A stretch of 36,704 nt of DNA from Candidatus Undinarchaeota archaeon (GTDB taxonomy: Archaea; Undinarchaeota; Undinarchaeia; Undinarchaeales; UBA543), in NCBI GenBank assembly GCA_964636545.1, contig CAZWSR010000005.1:1-36704 (forward strand), read 5' to 3'. Below are positions 34,402-36,704 of the stretch, piece by piece (position 1 is the first letter of the stretch; the number at the start of each line of letters is the position of its first letter). The position numbers and the translations under genes were made by a program. A model generated the notes under the pieces. It worked only from the letters and a program-made list of their open reading frames with translations, did no database searches and was not told where the DNA came from.

Positions 34402-36704
34402 TTAACCAACCTTTTTAATTTATCTAATAATCCAGCACCCTTCACTGGTTTTGAGGACACTGCTCTACCTTGGTCGCCACTGATTTGCGAATTCGGGATT
34501 AAGGTATTTAAAGTTTCCTTAGCGTCGATTTTCGCTTTTTTACCAGCAACAAGAGCAGTTCTTTCATTTGTTTTAATTAAGATAATTGCATTTAGAGTCT
34601 TAGAACACACAATATTTGCAACTTGCATTGCAGTGCCAAGGTTTCCAGTTTCGAAAATAGCGATTTTCCGTCTGTCATGTGTGACAAAACTCTTTTCAAT
34701 TTTAATTGTCAGGTTGCCTACAGTGTTCACTGACTGCTTTTTCTCTTCTTTCTTCAGCAATTTCCAATGTCCAAACAACATTCTACATACTTCTGAGAAA
34801 GATTTTGCTTTTTCAAGTTTCAATTCTGCTTCTGATGCAATTGCTTTTTCAATATCAGAAATTTCAGTTAAGAATCTCTGCAAAGTGCTTGGTAATTGTC
34901 TTGAATTGACTTTCAGTATTGATGCACCAAGCAAAATATCTTCAACTGCTGCTTGAACAGCAAGATTTGGATATGCTTGTTTGAGAATTTCAAGACTTTC
35001 ATCAATAAGTTCGTTCTCAGATGACTGTTTTTGATCTAGCAAGCTCTTTCCTGCAATGAAAACAATTCGCACAACTCCATCCTGTATTTTTTCAGTTTTG
35101 ACAATGCGAATTCCTTCAACTTTAGATACATTATCTAAGTGAGTTCCTGCGCAAGCCTGAACATCCCAGTCACAAACATCAATTACGCGAATTTCTTTTC
35201 CAGGAATTGCTCCGCCTTGGTAAAGTGTAAAACCATATTGCGATTCTGCTTCTTTTTTATTTTTGACTTTCTTTGTAATTGCAGTGCCTTTCTGAATTAA
35301 TTCATTTGCAAGTTTTTCAATTTTCGCACGCTCATCAGATGTAATTGCACTATAATGAGTTATGTCAAGTCTGCCTTTGTTAGGATCAATTTGCGAACCT
35401 GCTTGCCAAACATTATTTCCAAGAACTTTGCGAGCTGCTCCGCCAACAATATGGGCTGCTGTGTGAAGTTTAGAAAGCGCAAGCCTGCGGTCTTTGTCAA
35501 TGCTTCCTTTAATTTTATCGCCTTTTTTGATTCCAGATTTTTCTAGTGTGTGAACAATTACTGTCCCGCCTGCTTTCTGAACATCAGTAACTGCAATTCC
35601 ATTTATTGTTCCAGTATCGTGTTCCTGTCCCCCACCTGTTGGGAAGAACTGAGTTTTGTCAAGAACCACTTGCTTTTTGTCAATTACTTTAAGCACTTTT
35701 GCTTCAAAATCCAGTTTCTTGCTTGTGTAATAAAGAATTTCAGTTGCAGGTAGTCCTTCAACATTAAATTTCTGTTTTTTGTGTATTCTTTCAACTTCAG
35801 GATGTCGTGCAGCAACTTTTGCATAAAAGTCAGCAGGCACCTCAATTTCTTTTCCAATTTTTTGCGCTGCTTCCTTAAGAATTTGAGGAGAAACTCCATT
35901 TGAATCATATAATTCAACAAGTTCACTATCTGAAAAGCCTTTTTCAAGTAACCTTGACACAATTCTAGCTGATTTTTTCTTGTTGGTCTTGTACCGCGCA
36001 TCTTCAACTTCCAAAATTTTTCCAATATTATCAATTGTTTCAGTAAGTTCTGGGTACTGTGGCTTGAGATAAGCAGCATGTTCGCGACAAACATCTTGCA
36101 AAGAAACATCCCAACCAAATTCATCAATAAAACCAAGTGCTCTGCGCAAAATTATTCGCAAATTGTAAGCTCCGCCAACATTTGATGGAAGTGCACCATC
36201 AGTTATTGCAAATAAAAGTGTTCTTGCATGATCCCCAATTGAATATAATCCAGCAAGCGGAAGTGTCTCTTCTTTCAGGTTTTTAACATCCATGCTCAGT
36301 TTTTCAGCAATTTCTTCCCAGGTTTTGTCAATTGACTTGTCTTCTTCCATGTCAAGCAAACCAGAATATGGTAAGAATCGTTTGATAACATCTTGATTTG
36401 GCTTAACACCAGTTTCTTTGTATAATTTCTTAACAACAGTTGGGAAATTGCACTCATAACTTGTTGCAGTTCCCATAGACATCCACGGACAGCGCTCCTG
36501 ACCCATTCCCATATCCAAAACCTTGAGATTAAGGTCTTTGTAAGTGCCATCATCTTTAACATCATAGAGCATATAAACCTGATTACCAATTTCTAGGCCG
36601 CGTGCAAAGAATTCCATGCACACACCAAGGTTTCCGCCACCACCCCACTGGTCTTCGTGGAACTTGACTTCATGAAGTGGAAGACCCATTCCGATTTCAA
36701 GCCA
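34398..36704 (-). CDS. alaS: Alanine-tRNA ligase (archaeal type), 5'-truncated by window edge
   Basis: W.GGGN.G...E, GLEIGNQVYM, LDMGMGQER, DHARTL..DGALPSNVGG.YNLR, editing motifs HTAAH and CAGTH; frame open to the window end. Confidence 0.97.
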   Translation of the reverse strand, partial: WLEIGMGLPLHEVKFHEDQWGGGGNLGVCMEFFARGLEIGNQVYMLYDVKDDGTYKDLNLKVLDMGMGQERCPWMSMGTATSYECNFPTVVKKLYKETGVKPNQDVIKRFLPYSGLLDMEEDKSIDKTWEEIAEKLSMDVKNLKEETLPLAGLYSIGDHARTLLFAITDGALPSNVGGAYNLRIILRRALGFIDEFGWDVSLQDVCREHAAYLKPQYPELTETIDNIGKILEVEDARYKTNKKKSARIVSRLLEKGFSDSELVELYDSNGVSPQILKEAAQKIGKEIEVPADFYAKVAARHPEVERIHKKQKFNVEGLPATEILYYTSKKLDFEAKVLKVIDKKQVVLDKTQFFPTGGGQEHDTGTINGIAVTDVQKAGGTVIVHTLEKSGIKKGDKIKGSIDKDRRLALSKLHTAAHIVGGAARKVLGNNVWQAGSQIDPNKGRLDITHYSAITSDERAKIEKLANELIQKGTAITKKVKNKKEAESQYGFTLYQGGAIPGKEIRVIDVCDWDVQACAGTHLDNVSKVEGIRIVKTEKIQDGVVRIVFIAGKSLLDQKQSSENELIDESLEILKQAYPNLAVQAAVEDILLGASILKVNSRQLPSTLQRFLTEISDIEKAIASEAELKLEKAKSFSEVCRMLFGHWKLLKKEEKKQSVNTVGNLTIKIEKSFVTHDRRKIAIFETGNLGTAMQVANIVCSKTLNAIILIKTNERTALVAGKKAKIDAKETLNTLIPNSQISGDQGRAVSSKPVKGAGLLDKLKRLVK

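Overview
Compact, AT-rich archaeal chromosome segment. Archaeal-type PheRS, GlyRS, TrpRS and AlaRS, a tRNA-splicing endonuclease, deoxyhypusine synthase, TATA boxes close to start codons and tight gene overlaps fit a DPANN-type archaeon (lineage is inference). It is dominated by translation housekeeping: pheS, pheT, glyS, trpS, leuS, truncated alaS, endA, dys, tRNA-Val(GAC), tRNA-Phe(GAA), intron-containing tRNA-Trp(CCA) and the 3' end of a fourth tRNA. It also has two MinD paralogues, two large membrane-anchored surface proteins and scattered orphan genes. I see no integrase, transposase, CRISPR array or rRNA. The most interesting signals are not in the ORF track: (1) a ~160-nt multi-stem candidate ncRNA with C-rich loops, its own TATA box and terminator, divergent from a membrane protein + winged-HTH pair; (2) a tRNA-Trp intron keeping only the C'/D' half of a box C/D guide, still aimed at C34; (3) duplicated gene 3' ends with short hairpin inserts at tRNA-Phe and leuS; (4) a MinD gene apparently starting at ATT; (5) four degenerate 7-bp tandem arrays; (6) a bacterial/archaeal chimeric LeuRS; (7) an alaS-FG-GAP adhesin-degenerate TraB run linked by ATGA overlaps. 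Family calls come from motif recognition only; no database searches were run.
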